Virus record (IMG/VR): IMGVR_UViG_3300044987_001050
Coordinates: 1 to 64,000 of that record
Reading direction: 5' to 3' (one strand)
DNA: 64,000 nt
DNA from: a virus
A model generated the notes under the pieces. The model worked only from the letters and a program-made list of their open reading frames with translations. It was not told where the DNA came from and made no database searches. Of this stretch, positions 49,233 to 59,725 are shown one piece after another; the first letter of the stretch is position 1, and every line of letters starts with the position of its first letter. The position numbers and the translations under genes are program-made.

Positions 49233-50577
49233 TGAGACATTCTGCCGTAAGGCGTTACCACACATAAAGCCTGAATACTTTGAGGGCGAGCATCGAGTTG
49301 TTTATGATCTGATTCTTAAGTTCATTTCCAAGTATAACAAGCTGCCTAACTCTGCAGTACTTGACATTGAATTCCGCGCATCAAATCATAACGTAGGCGC
49401 TGACACGATCAACGTCGCGAAACTAATCTCCGACGTTGATACGCCAGAGATTGTTGAGTATGATTGGTTAGTTGACTCGACCGAGAAGTGGTGTAAGGAC
49501 CGTGCAGTCTACATCGCAATCATGGAGTCGATTCAGATCATCGACGGCAAGGCTGAAGGTAAGGCGGAGGGGATGATTCCTGACATCCTCTCGAAGGCGC
49601 TTGCAGTAACATTCGACACTAACGTAGGCCACGACTACCTCGAGGACGCGGAGAAGCGGTATGATTACTATCACCGCGTCGAGGATAAGATTGCGTTCGA
49701 CATCGACATGTTGAACAAGATCACGAACGGCGGTGTATCGCGCAAGACATTGAACATCATTCTTGCAGGTACTGCCGTGGGTAAGTCGCTCGCTATGTGT
49801 CACCTCGCGGCTGCGGCGATGGCCCAAGGTCGTAGTGTGTTATACATCACGATGGAAATGGCGGAGGAAAAGATCGCTGAACGTAATGATGCTAACCTCT
49901 TCGACATCAACATTGATCAGATCACGAACCTCTCGAAGGAGATGTTCAATCACAAGATCAAAGGCATTGCTGCAAAGACACACGGCAAGCTGATCATCAA
50001 GGAATATCCAACAGGAGCTGCTCATGCCGGACACTTCCGGGCGCTCCTGATGGAACTGAAGCTGAAGAAGAACTTCGTTCCTGACATCATCTTCATCGAC
50101 TACCTGAACATTTGTGCATCGTCTCGAATCAAAGGTGGAGCTGAAGGCGGTACATACTCGCTCATCAAGTCGATTGCTGAAGAGCTTCGCGGTTTGGCGG
50201 TCGAGTTCAATGTTCCGATTTGGTCAGCCACGCAGGTCACTCGATCCGGGTATGCCTCGTCCGACGTTGAAATCACGGACACGTCTGAATCATTCGGTCT
50301 TCCTGCAACAGCGGACTTGATGATCGCCTTGATGTCAACTGAACAACTCGAGAAGATGGGTCAGATCATGATTAAGCAACTCAAGAATCGTTACAATGAT
50401 GTAGGCAAGTACAAGCGATTCACGGTCGGTGTTGATCGAGCTAAGATGCGGTTGTATGACATTGCTGACCCAATGGCTAACATCGCGAACGAGTCGTCCT
50501 CGCAATCAAATGTCGTGCAGACACCGTTCAGCGCAGGTAAGCCCGAACGAAAACAGTTCACTGGATTCAAGACATGA
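49186..50577 (+). CDS. 41: Replicative DNA helicase (T4 gp41, DnaB-like)
   Basis: LAGTAVGKS, MEMAEEKIAER, IDYLNIC, AEELRGLAVE, SESFGLPATAD and LKNRY motifs. Confidence 0.95.
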   Translation: MQPNLQTIIVKGLLHDETFCRKALPHIKPEYFEGEHRVVYDLILKFISKYNKLPNSAVLDIEFRASNHNVGADTINVAKLISDVDTPEIVEYDWLVDSTEKWCKDRAVYIAIMESIQIIDGKAEGKAEGMIPDILSKALAVTFDTNVGHDYLEDAEKRYDYYHRVEDKIAFDIDMLNKITNGGVSRKTLNIILAGTAVGKSLAMCHLAAAAMAQGRSVLYITMEMAEEKIAERNDANLFDINIDQITNLSKEMFNHKIKGIAAKTHGKLIIKEYPTGAAHAGHFRALLMELKLKKNFVPDIIFIDYLNICASSRIKGGAEGGTYSLIKSIAEELRGLAVEFNVPIWSATQVTRSGYASSDVEITDTSESFGLPATADLMIALMSTEQLEKMGQIMIKQLKNRYNDVGKYKRFTVGVDRAKMRLYDIADPMANIANESSSQSNVVQTPFSAGKPERKQFTGFKT

Positions 50578-50685
50578 GCGAAATAGTTATCATACATGGA
50601 CGTAAGTGGGTGATGACGGATATCCCAGCGCCTGACTATTCGAAGACTATCTTCCGCCCGCATCCATTCAAATTCAAATACAGAT

Positions 50686-51030
50686 ATGCAAGTAAAACTA
50701 ATGACACTGAACGAGCCGAACCTAAATGGGCTGACCTACTCAACGGATGTCGTAAAGAAGGCGATTGATGAATACATCGCAAGAGGCAAGCCTATGCTAA
50801 TTCAGCGTGCATTCAGCAGGGAAGCAGGCGTGAATCTTGAGAACGTATGCGGCGAAGTCAAAGACATTCAGTTCAACGACTTCGAAATGTCTGGCACGGT
50901 CCATCTGTTTCCAAATGATGAGGCCCTTCGCGCTTTACATGTTAGGCCCGCCTTTGTTGGTCGTATAGAAGAAGGCATGGTAAAAGACATCGAACTACTC
51001 TCATTCAACTTTACAGCTGACCCGGCATGA
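50686..51030 (+). CDS. Degenerate prohead-protease (gp21)-like protein
   Basis: NLNG..Y, VNLENV and LLSF.FTADPA match gp21; the catalytic-region SH and SSRG are replaced by CG and RPAF. Confidence 0.55.
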   Translation: MQVKLMTLNEPNLNGLTYSTDVVKKAIDEYIARGKPMLIQRAFSREAGVNLENVCGEVKDIQFNDFEMSGTVHLFPNDEALRALHVRPAFVGRIEEGMVKDIELLSFNFTADPA

Positions 51031-51568
51031 AGAAGATAAGACGATGGGTAATCGGCCCCTGCTCAATATGTGGAAACGAGTTTGAGCGGTACGAGCCGAG
51101 ACGCGAATGTAGTTACTGTAACCCCTTTGCCCAAACCAATGAGCCTGTCATACAACCGCCACAAAGATCAGGTCGCGCTCGAGCGCGCGCGAACACGCGT
51201 TAAGACCGAAAACAATAAGTGGGAACAAGGATCATCTCCTAATATAGAACGCATCGAGAAGCGGGCACGACATCTCAAGGATACTCCGACACCATGCTCA
51301 TGCGAGATGTGTCGTAACCCAAGACGATCACGTTGGGCAAACGGAACAAGCAAGCTCACGATGCAAGAAAGAAAAGCTCTTAGTAACATAAACCAAACAG
51401 AACAATGAACGAAAAAGAACAAGCAATCGCCGATAAGTTTCTAAACTCAATTGATTTTGCGAATGTCAATGAAAGGCAGGAGGCAATCTATGTGTATCAG
51501 TCATTCCTCGGTGCTGTCCAAACGCGCCTTCAGATTGAGGCACAAAATATTGAAAACAGAAAGCAAGC

Positions 51569-52396
51569 ATGATCACAACAAAAATCATCGCTGACTCGAT
51601 CTCAACATCAGGCAAACGCATCACGACGTTTGAACTTGAGTATCCTCGGTTCATTCATTCGGAGTTCATGACTCACCGAATGATCTCGAAGAACGCCGCA
51701 TCATCGCGCGCAATTCCTATCGAGACCATGATCAAGCAGGTCACGGAGAATCCAGCATGGCCTGTCTTCTGGGGCAAGAACCAAGCAGGCATGGCTGCAA
51801 CAGAAGAGCTTACTGGAGCTGCTCTGTATAACGCCAAACAGATTTGGATTGAAGCTCGTGATTCAGCGATCTATAACGTAAAAGAAATGGTCAAGCAGGG
51901 TCTGCACAAACAGATTGCTAACCGCATGCTCGAGCCGTGGGCGCACATCAAGGTTGTGGCTACTGCCACTGACTGGGATAACTTCTTCCATCTACGCCGA
52001 CATCCTGCAGCTCAGCCTGAGATTCATGCGCTCGCGGATTCGATGTGGGACCTTTATTCAATCAACACGCCTGACTTGAAGTATGTTGACGAGTACCATC
52101 TTCCGTATGTGTCTGACGAAGACAAGAAGCGGTACACACTTGACGAGTGCATCAAATTGTCTGCATCGTTGTGCGCTCAGGTTTCATACCGTAAGACTGA
52201 TGAGTCACTTGAGAAAGCGCTGTTGATCTATGATCGTTTAGTCGCATCGACGCCAGTCCATGCTTCTCCGTTCGAGCATCAAGCTTCGCCATCATTGCTT
52301 TCGTCTGAGAGATCAGGGAACTTCAATGGTTGGGTTCAGTATCGGCAGTCTCTACCAAAGAATGTATGTAATGTCTACAACGGAATAACTGAATGA
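51569..52396 (+). CDS. thyX: Flavin-dependent thymidylate synthase-like protein
   Basis: PRFIHSEFMTHR..SKNAASSRAIP, HKQIANR.LEP, FFHLR..AQPEI and HASPFEH motifs. Confidence 0.8.
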   Translation: MITTKIIADSISTSGKRITTFELEYPRFIHSEFMTHRMISKNAASSRAIPIETMIKQVTENPAWPVFWGKNQAGMAATEELTGAALYNAKQIWIEARDSAIYNVKEMVKQGLHKQIANRMLEPWAHIKVVATATDWDNFFHLRRHPAAQPEIHALADSMWDLYSINTPDLKYVDEYHLPYVSDEDKKRYTLDECIKLSASLCAQVSYRKTDESLEKALLIYDRLVASTPVHASPFEHQASPSLLSSERSGNFNGWVQYRQSLPKNVCNVYNGITE

Positions 52397-52656
52397 AAAC
52401 ATTTAGAGAATTCGTAAATACGCCGTTGCCTAACAAGATAGTTGTGCCGAAGGAGCCTGACACTACTTTTAGAGATGGCGGCTCGTTGGGTTACTATGTG
52501 AAGAACAAGGATGAATGCGGCTTTCAGTTAGTTGTGCAGGACTTCTCGATAGGAGCAAAGCGAAATAACACGGAAGGAACGTGGTATGCGAGACAACCAT
52601 CGCCTGATCACTTAGAAAAGCATCCGATTGATATGCAGCAGCTTCAGTTCGTATAA
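52393..52656 (+). CDS. Small protein with a capsid-targeting-like N-terminus (internal-protein-like)
   Basis: MKTFREFV resembles the T4 internal-protein N-termini MKTFKEF and MKTYQEF. Confidence 0.55.
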   Translation: MKTFREFVNTPLPNKIVVPKEPDTTFRDGGSLGYYVKNKDECGFQLVVQDFSIGAKRNNTEGTWYARQPSPDHLEKHPIDMQQLQFV

Positions 52657-52659
52657 ATA
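52652..52659 (+). promoter_or_regulatory. T4-type late promoter TATAAATA
   Basis: Perfect consensus, 27 nt upstream of the ATPase ATG. Confidence 0.8.
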
Positions 52660-52686
52660 ACCGCAATAGCCACAACATCTAATCAT

Positions 52687-54234
52687 ATGCTAAGTTTCAA
52701 ATCATTTCTAGAAGAAGGCTTTGCTCCGGCCTCGCTCGACAAAGTTGGTGACGTTATCACCAAGTATCTCAAAAGACAGACAGGAATGAGAATGTTCCGT
52801 CTACACGGCGTTGAACAATTCGAGGGCGGCGGTAAGCATCGCGGTTACGGCATTCGTTGGATGTTTCCTCAGAAGAATCAATCACTTCGTCTTAACTGGA
52901 AGCAACCAACAGGCGTTGGCATTGCTGAGTTAAACTCAATCACGTATTGGAACGGTAAAGAATCTCGCCCATACGTTATTACGTTCAACAATCCTGTGTC
53001 TATTGTCAAGGCTCTTCCTATCGTAGCTGACATCCTCAAGACATCGACTGTTCCTAATGAGATCATCACGATGCCTGACGGCGTACCGCTCAACGAATCT
53101 TTTATTGAAGGTTCGTCAGTCATATCAGAAGCTGGTGCGCCGGCGTCATTTGGCATGCCTGAAATTTTCGATGGTGTTCTCGATCTAATTCAAGAGCCTA
53201 ACTTTACAAAGGGAAAGATTCACGGTCGTTACAAAGGTGCTGGCGTAAAAATCTTTGATGAACTTGAACGCCGGTATCCCGAGCTTATTGCAAAACAAGG
53301 TACCGCTTACGCATGGTGGGGCAAGGCTCGCGACATCAGCGCGATGAAGAAGCAACGCGATGATGTTCTCAAGGCTATCGGTGCTGAAACTGCAACTGTT
53401 ACACGTGGCAATGCTAAGGAAGATTACCCTGAGCAAGATGCTCAAGCTGATAAGCTCGAAGATCAGCGCGAACGCCTAACATACGAGCAGCAACAGAAGG
53501 ACCTAGTCAATCTCGTCAAGTGGATGGTTTCTGGCGCAACAAATGCAATCTTCGTCGCAGGACGCGGTGGTGTCGGTAAGACGGTACCTGTTATGCGCAC
53601 GCTTGCTGGCATGGGATATGTTGACGGAAAGAACATGTTCGTCAACAAAGGCTCTATCTCAGCATCAGGTCTATACAGCCTTCTCTACCGTTACCAAAAT
53701 GAACTCGTTGTATTCGATGACTCGGATGCTGTGTTCGGTGACCAAGAAGGTCGTAACGTTCTCAAGGCAGCGACCGACACTCAGAAATTCCGTAAGCTCG
53801 TTTGGAGTAAGCGTGGCGCGAGTGTCATGAACCCGGACGACTATACGAAAGACGAAATCCTTGATGCTGGTGCAGTCCCTCAATGGTTTGAGTTCACGGG
53901 TCGTATCGTTTTCATCTCGAACCTTAAGATGGATAAACTTGATCCTGACGGAGCTCTCCGCACGCGTGGTTATATGATCACGATTGACCCGACCGATCAA
54001 GAGTTGTTCGACTTTATGAAGATCATTGCACCTGATACCGAACTTGAAGAAGGTCTTACACTCGATCTAAAATCTCGTTTGCACGTCGCGGATCTTATTG
54101 CTAAAACTACTTCGAAGGAGCCACCAAGTCTTCGAATGCTTGTCCGCGGTCTAAATACATACGCGTCTGCAATCAAATCAGGCAGCTCATTGACCGATGC
54201 TGAAATGGCCCGCATGATTTCTACCTACGCATAA
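52687..54234 (+). CDS. P-loop (AAA+-like) ATPase with a capsid-targeting-like N-terminus
   Basis: MLSFKSFLEE; Walker A GRGGVGKT; Walker B VVFDD; sensor FISN; ALRTR. Confidence 0.75.
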   Translation: MLSFKSFLEEGFAPASLDKVGDVITKYLKRQTGMRMFRLHGVEQFEGGGKHRGYGIRWMFPQKNQSLRLNWKQPTGVGIAELNSITYWNGKESRPYVITFNNPVSIVKALPIVADILKTSTVPNEIITMPDGVPLNESFIEGSSVISEAGAPASFGMPEIFDGVLDLIQEPNFTKGKIHGRYKGAGVKIFDELERRYPELIAKQGTAYAWWGKARDISAMKKQRDDVLKAIGAETATVTRGNAKEDYPEQDAQADKLEDQRERLTYEQQQKDLVNLVKWMVSGATNAIFVAGRGGVGKTVPVMRTLAGMGYVDGKNMFVNKGSISASGLYSLLYRYQNELVVFDDSDAVFGDQEGRNVLKAATDTQKFRKLVWSKRGASVMNPDDYTKDEILDAGAVPQWFEFTGRIVFISNLKMDKLDPDGALRTRGYMITIDPTDQELFDFMKIIAPDTELEEGLTLDLKSRLHVADLIAKTTSKEPPSLRMLVRGLNTYASAIKSGSSLTDAEMARMISTYA

Positions 54235-54261
54235 CCAACACCTCCCACACGCACCCCTACC

Positions 54262-54723
54262 GTGATTCGCGTCCGCGTTTATAGATGTAAAGATTCTTTA
54301 ACGCGGGCGCGTTTTCGTAAGGCTATCTTTTATTGCCTTGCTAAGCTGTTGCCTAACAAGAAACGGTTAGACCTTAAGATCACGTTCGTCGATGGCTTGA
54401 ATGCAGAAGAAGGCATGGCTGGTTCATGTCAGGTTTGTGATTCGCCATCATCACATAAGCACTCAACCTTTGAGGTGTCGATTGACTCCGCTCTTTCATT
54501 CGAGGATAAGCTGTCAATTCTTTCGCATGAATTGACTCATGTCAAGCAATACGCAAAAGGCGAACTATCATACAATTACAAGAATGCTGATCAAGCGATC
54601 TGGAAAGGTAAATATGTTATGGAGGATACGTATCCATATGAAAAACAACCATGGGAGATTGATGCAGCTAAAGGAGAACTTAAGTTGCTCGATGAACTCC
54701 TGAAAAACAAAATTTGTGACTGA
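54262..54723 (+). CDS. HExxH zincin-like metalloprotease
   Basis: LSHELTHVKQY...QPWEIDA. Confidence 0.75.
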   Translation: MIRVRVYRCKDSLTRARFRKAIFYCLAKLLPNKKRLDLKITFVDGLNAEEGMAGSCQVCDSPSSHKHSTFEVSIDSALSFEDKLSILSHELTHVKQYAKGELSYNYKNADQAIWKGKYVMEDTYPYEKQPWEIDAAKGELKLLDELLKNKICD

Positions 54724-54725
54724 TC

Positions 54726-55760
54726 ATGGCTAACCTTGCACTAAAAGGAGCGGACGGAAAAATCTTTTGGGAAAAGTACGTTAAGAACAATCCTCACTTC
54801 AAGACCAACGAGTTTGAGATTGAGGAAGGAAAGTCAACGCCTCTCTTCACTAAGGAAGGTAACACGCTTAAGGCAACGATCAAGGTTTACAAAGCAGGAA
54901 CGAAACTAAACATCCTTGATTCAAAGCTGGTTATCTTTGGTGATAAGAAGCTTGCATCCGTTAAAATGTCGGGACGCAAAGGATTCGTGCCTATCACGCG
55001 GATCAAGAATCCCACAGAAGGCAACGGCACTCAGTACGAGGCAGACGTTGTCGAACTCATCAATTCAACGATCGAGAGGGTCGGCCCAATCAGCATTAAG
55101 ATCAAAGGTGATTCAAAGATCTATGACGACATATCCTATGCTGTCAAGGTAACGAAGCAACACAAGCAAGCCGCTGGAATTAAGTTCGATCCTAAGTGCG
55201 ATATTATCTTGTGTAAGGATATCAAGAACCCCACCGCACGAGGATCAATTTACATCTCGCATAAGATGGAGGGGGGTGCGGAAGCATTCCAACAATTTTG
55301 CGGACTATCGGAATCAGCGGCAGGCCCTCTCATTAACAGAAATCGTCTTGTTCAAAAATTCTTGTCGATCGTCGCCGAGAATCTTGAAGAGGCTGACCGT
55401 CTTGAGGCGCCGATCATCGCATCGTTCAACGATCCTAAGCTTGCGAACATGGGAATCTTCGGTCCTGAGTACGGCCAGGCATTTTCACTAGCTAATGTGC
55501 AATGCATTGGCCAGGGAAAGGCCGTTCTAAAACTTGGCGGCAATAAGAAGTATTACGAACTGTCTTTTACAAACCACATCAGTTTGAACGGCGACATTCG
55601 ATTATTCTCAGGTCCTTATGTTCCTGTCTTAGGTGCACGATATGGAGGTGACCGATCATTCATTTACAAAGGCATCACCTATAACAAGACACGTGTTGGC
55701 ATTTGGACTTTCAAGAAAATTTTCTCAAATAACGAGAAAACTTTGTTCTACGAACTATAA
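54726..55760 (+). CDS. Putative PD-(D/E)xK-like nuclease
   Basis: G..YE...PKCDIIL...YISHK pattern. Confidence 0.45.
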   Translation: MANLALKGADGKIFWEKYVKNNPHFKTNEFEIEEGKSTPLFTKEGNTLKATIKVYKAGTKLNILDSKLVIFGDKKLASVKMSGRKGFVPITRIKNPTEGNGTQYEADVVELINSTIERVGPISIKIKGDSKIYDDISYAVKVTKQHKQAAGIKFDPKCDIILCKDIKNPTARGSIYISHKMEGGAEAFQQFCGLSESAAGPLINRNRLVQKFLSIVAENLEEADRLEAPIIASFNDPKLANMGIFGPEYGQAFSLANVQCIGQGKAVLKLGGNKKYYELSFTNHISLNGDIRLFSGPYVPVLGARYGGDRSFIYKGITYNKTRVGIWTFKKIFSNNEKTLFYEL

Positions 55761-55768
55761 ATGGTTTT

Positions 55769-57067
55769 ATGAAATCGTCTTCTAACCTCGCACCTCGCGA
55801 GCTTTATCGTTATGACTGGAGAGTTGAGATGTTCCTCTCCAAGTTTCGGAATCAGGTTCCGTTAACGCTGGTGAATGGCGATGAGTCAGTAACACTTGTG
55901 TTCGATGACAGGATCGAGACACTTATCATGAACCGTTCACGCGATCGGATCGTGCTGCAAGGAACTGACGGCAAGTCATACTCTCTTTCAAGCTTTGCCA
56001 AGACTGCTGAATTTGGCGGTGGGTCAGGTTCAGGCGGCGGTGTCGTCATGACCAAATTGACTGAGGCTGCACAGGCAGTCTATGCACAGTCGCGAATGCT
56101 GCATCGGTATTCGATGGCGCCTGAATACGTTGCCGTGCCGGCAAACCTGTCCGTAGCTTATTCACTTGCTAAAGTCGACGAGACACTTGACGCGATTCTC
56201 AATGATCTCCCATCAGATTGGAAACAATCATGCCTCATTGGTGCTAAGGCATTAAATGACAGTTTTAATGATCACTTCTATCAATTCCATCGTGGATCCG
56301 ATTGGGTAAACTCTCTGGAAGCTCTCTTCAAGAAACTTAACGCAAAAGAGGAGATTTTCTCGAACCTCAACAAGTGGTCGCCCGCTGATATCTACATGAT
56401 CTCTAATTTTGGGATGACGATTGACTTCTCGAGTGTTGAAAGCATCGCTGAATTGAACAAAGTGTTGGTTGACGCAATGGAATCTCGCGACATATTGGGC
56501 GTTTCACTCAAGTATTTGAACCGGGATCCCAAGATCACTTTTCACAATGTCGGTAAAGTCCAAAAAGAGTATCAGCTCGACCGAGTAAGCACTGGTTTGA
56601 CTGGATTCTTTTCAAGCAAGGACGCTCTTATCTATTTCGGCGAGAAGGACAAGATTCAGTTTAGAACATTCCCTGAAACATTCCAAGGCGAGATCAAAGG
56701 CAGGAACGCAAATCATGGCAAGATCTCTTACGGGCCGCTTCAAACGATTCTGAGGTCATTGTCATTGCCACCTTTGTCGGATCAAAAGCAATTGCGGAAA
56801 CGTATTGCCATGAATGATTCTGCTATGCTTGATGAGTTCTACTTCACGTATCGGACGAACGTCAAGAACGAGACGATTGTTTCTATTGACACGTTTACCG
56901 AGACTTGTTTGGCAAAGGGACCTGCTTGGATGTTCTCTAAATTTCTTAGTTTACAATTGGTCAATAACATTGTAAAATTTGGCAACGGAAACGAATTCAT
57001 TACTGCTTGTATTCGGTATGCGTCTTCCTCAAGCGAGCTATCCGCTCCTTTTGTCAAACTTGAATAA
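55769..57067 (+). CDS. Putative PD-(D/E)xK-like nuclease
   Basis: KTAEFGGG...TE, KWSPADIY and GVSLK motifs. Confidence 0.5.
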   Translation: MKSSSNLAPRELYRYDWRVEMFLSKFRNQVPLTLVNGDESVTLVFDDRIETLIMNRSRDRIVLQGTDGKSYSLSSFAKTAEFGGGSGSGGGVVMTKLTEAAQAVYAQSRMLHRYSMAPEYVAVPANLSVAYSLAKVDETLDAILNDLPSDWKQSCLIGAKALNDSFNDHFYQFHRGSDWVNSLEALFKKLNAKEEIFSNLNKWSPADIYMISNFGMTIDFSSVESIAELNKVLVDAMESRDILGVSLKYLNRDPKITFHNVGKVQKEYQLDRVSTGLTGFFSSKDALIYFGEKDKIQFRTFPETFQGEIKGRNANHGKISYGPLQTILRSLSLPPLSDQKQLRKRIAMNDSAMLDEFYFTYRTNVKNETIVSIDTFTETCLAKGPAWMFSKFLSLQLVNNIVKFGNGNEFITACIRYASSSSELSAPFVKLE

Positions 57068-57999
57068 TGAAACAGACACAGAAGGTTTATATCAATCATC
57101 TTGATCAGATGAAGCCACTTGCATTTCTATCTCTCATGAAAATGATTGAGACAGAGTTCGACTGCTTCTTAAGGCAATACGACCCATTCGAGTCAAGCGT
57201 CAGAATAACCGAAAAGGTTGACGGATCTGCCCTACGCTTCGGGCTTAACAAACAAGGCGACTTATTTCTTGAGTCCGCCACTTCGCCTCCGATGTTTTCC
57301 GTTGGCGACTTCGAAGCACGTGATAAGTCGAAAGGTTATGACGGCTCAATCGGGAGAAACTTTGACTTCCTACTTCAGGCAATTAGCCGAGACACAAAAT
57401 TGATGGAAGTCCTTCGTAAGTTTTCCAATGACGGGATCAAGATCATTGGTGAAATCATGTTCATGCCGATGGCGCGTGCCCAATCGGACACTATGGCCCG
57501 GTTCATTCGCATTCCGTATTTCAAAGTCGACTTAGGTTACTTGTGGACATTCGTTCCTATCATGGTTCTTGATGGAAAAGGCAACCGCAGCTCCGACGAG
57601 TTCGCGGTGTTCCATGATTTGGTTGGAATCTCTACGTCTGAACGTAAGTATGTTTTGCCTAACACGCACATACGAGAAATTGATTTGACTTCGGAGATCG
57701 AGAATATCAACCGTGATCTTTACGAGTTGAATGATGTGCGTAACTTTGGCTTAATTGAAATCTTGAGCTCACGCAAGAAGGCTGATAAAGTAGCAAAGGC
57801 TGCTCTTAAGTGTGAAGTTCATAAACACCAAGTCATCATACGTGACAAGATACTATCATACATGGACCGAGGCTTGTTCGGTCCATTTATTGAAGGACTC
57901 GTCATTGAATTCCCTGACCGAACTCTACTGAAAGTGATCACTGATAAATTCATCAAAGAAGGACTACAATATGGAAACGACGTTCTCAAAACTAGCTGA
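57067..57999 (+). CDS. ATP-dependent ligase/capping-fold nucleotidyltransferase (DUF6267-like)
   Basis: TEKVDG motif I, IGE, EGLV motif IV and LKV motif V. Confidence 0.65.
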   Translation: MKQTQKVYINHLDQMKPLAFLSLMKMIETEFDCFLRQYDPFESSVRITEKVDGSALRFGLNKQGDLFLESATSPPMFSVGDFEARDKSKGYDGSIGRNFDFLLQAISRDTKLMEVLRKFSNDGIKIIGEIMFMPMARAQSDTMARFIRIPYFKVDLGYLWTFVPIMVLDGKGNRSSDEFAVFHDLVGISTSERKYVLPNTHIREIDLTSEIENINRDLYELNDVRNFGLIEILSSRKKADKVAKAALKCEVHKHQVIIRDKILSYMDRGLFGPFIEGLVIEFPDRTLLKVITDKFIKEGLQYGNDVLKTS

Positions 58000-58846
58000 T
58001 GCAGTAAAGCCTAACGGAGGCAATGCTGTCGAAGGCGTGACTCGAATCAATCAAGCGAACGTGTCTTGGACATACACGAACTTTCGCGAGATGCTCGGTG
58101 GGCCGCTATGCTTCAACTCAAGTAATACCGCTATCATCGGCTCAGCAGGTAAGAAGGCTTGGAATGAAACCTCGGGCGATATTGACATTGCGGTCGAAGT
58201 GTATAACAGAGACATGTTGAAGTTCAACATTTTTGATCTATACGTCGAGGAGCTAACGCGCCTAGGTTATGCATTCAAAGACATGAGACAAATCGGCATC
58301 ATCTCTATTGCTTATCCGATCATGAATTACGATGATAAGCAAGAAGGACAACTTGTGCAGATCGACCTCATGGTGGTTGGCTCGCTTGATTATGCAATGT
58401 GGAGTTACTACTCACCACAACATTTGCATTCGGAATACAAAGGTCTTTACCGCAATGAACTGAACTTCTTCATTGCTAAGCATGCTGAACTGCGTCCGAC
58501 TGTCGTTCAAGACGGTATCGTAACTGAGTGGGAACGGTACTGGTTCTCGACAAGCGAAGGGTTGCTTCACGGTAAGCAAACACTGTTATCCGCGAAGACT
58601 GGCAAGATCACGAAGACGCCGCGAGTGCATTACAAGCGGGTTGTCACGAATGATCCTGACGAGGTTGCTCGATTCCTTTATGGACCTGATGTTGACTCAG
58701 ACGGGATCCTAACATTCGAGGACGCGTTGCGAGCAATGAATGGTCCGACGTTTCCTTACAAGGATCGAATCAATGACATCATTGCAGATACTATTAAGGG
58801 CATTGAGAAGAAGGGATATCCTGTCCCTGACCTGCTCCGTATTTGA
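57971..58846 (+). CDS. Pol-beta-superfamily nucleotidyltransferase
   Basis: GGNA, IGSAGKK...SGDIDIAV and VQIDLM third Asp. Confidence 0.75.
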   Translation: METTFSKLADAVKPNGGNAVEGVTRINQANVSWTYTNFREMLGGPLCFNSSNTAIIGSAGKKAWNETSGDIDIAVEVYNRDMLKFNIFDLYVEELTRLGYAFKDMRQIGIISIAYPIMNYDDKQEGQLVQIDLMVVGSLDYAMWSYYSPQHLHSEYKGLYRNELNFFIAKHAELRPTVVQDGIVTEWERYWFSTSEGLLHGKQTLLSAKTGKITKTPRVHYKRVVTNDPDEVARFLYGPDVDSDGILTFEDALRAMNGPTFPYKDRINDIIADTIKGIEKKGYPVPDLLRI

Positions 58847-58858
58847 TAGCAAGGTATG

Positions 58859-58866
58859 TATAAATA
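58859..58866 (+). promoter_or_regulatory. T4-type late promoter TATAAATA
   Basis: Perfect consensus, 6 nt before the ATG at 58873. Confidence 0.8.
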
Positions 58867-58872
58867 CGGAAT

Positions 58873-59724
58873 ATGGACACCCGTGTTTACGATTTCCGCG
58901 ACCTCATCAGCATTGACCCTGTGATGTGGGGACAAATTGACCCGATTGGGCTGATGACATATCACGCATATAAGCGCCGTCAGAATTATTGTGAGGCTAC
59001 TGATTATTGGGCTGCTCTTGAAAAGGGTTTAGCTGCAACTGACCTTGCAATTCTAAAGCATATCAAGGCTGTTGGGAAGGTGTCGAATAGCGCTAAGAAG
59101 GCGCTGAGTCATATCCTCGACAAAGCGATTAAGTATGACGTAAGCAACAGCAGTGGGTCTTATGATGGTGCTCCGACTGCGATGGCTGTTAAGTTGTTCA
59201 TGCGGTCGATGAATGAAGACGTTGATATGTTAGGCGAGGCCCTAACACCTCAACAACGCATGCATCGCAAAATGGTCATGCGTCGTATTGCTCCTAAGCT
59301 TGCTCGTGCCCGTGCCATTGCAATGAAACGCCGAGGCGGTACCGATGTTCTTAAGCGTCGTGCTCGTGGCCTTGCTCGAACAATGATGGCTCGCAAGTTG
59401 TTGGGCGGTCGTAATAAAGCAGATGTATCTGTCGGTGAACGCGCTCGTATCGAGAAAATCCTTGCCACACGTAAGAAGGGCATTGAGCGACTTGCGACTC
59501 GTTTAGTTCCTACTGTTCGTAAAAAGCAATCCGCTAGATTTGCGCATAAACAAGTTCGTCCTGGGACTGTTACAAAGCCTAAGCATACTCCTGCTACGAA
59601 ACCTGCATCATCAGCTAAGCCGCATCCTTCTAATAAGCCTGCTAAGCATGTGCCTGCACCAGTACCGCCAAAACACATAGCAGCGCCGCCTCCAACAAAG
59701 AACCAATACGCGGATAAATTATAG
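58873..59724 (+). CDS. Arg/Lys-rich late protein with Pro/Lys/His tail
   Basis: EALTPQQR...LKRRAR basic domain; PAKH-like repeats. Confidence 0.65.
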   Translation: MDTRVYDFRDLISIDPVMWGQIDPIGLMTYHAYKRRQNYCEATDYWAALEKGLAATDLAILKHIKAVGKVSNSAKKALSHILDKAIKYDVSNSSGSYDGAPTAMAVKLFMRSMNEDVDMLGEALTPQQRMHRKMVMRRIAPKLARARAIAMKRRGGTDVLKRRARGLARTMMARKLLGGRNKADVSVGERARIEKILATRKKGIERLATRLVPTVRKKQSARFAHKQVRPGTVTKPKHTPATKPASSAKPHPSNKPAKHVPAPVPPKHIAAPPPTKNQYADKL

Positions 59725-59725
59725 T

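Noticed and set aside
46259-57067. MTase plus nuclease-like genes as a type II restriction-modification system
   Set aside because: They are >7 kb apart and in different transcription classes (sigma70-type operon versus late promoters).
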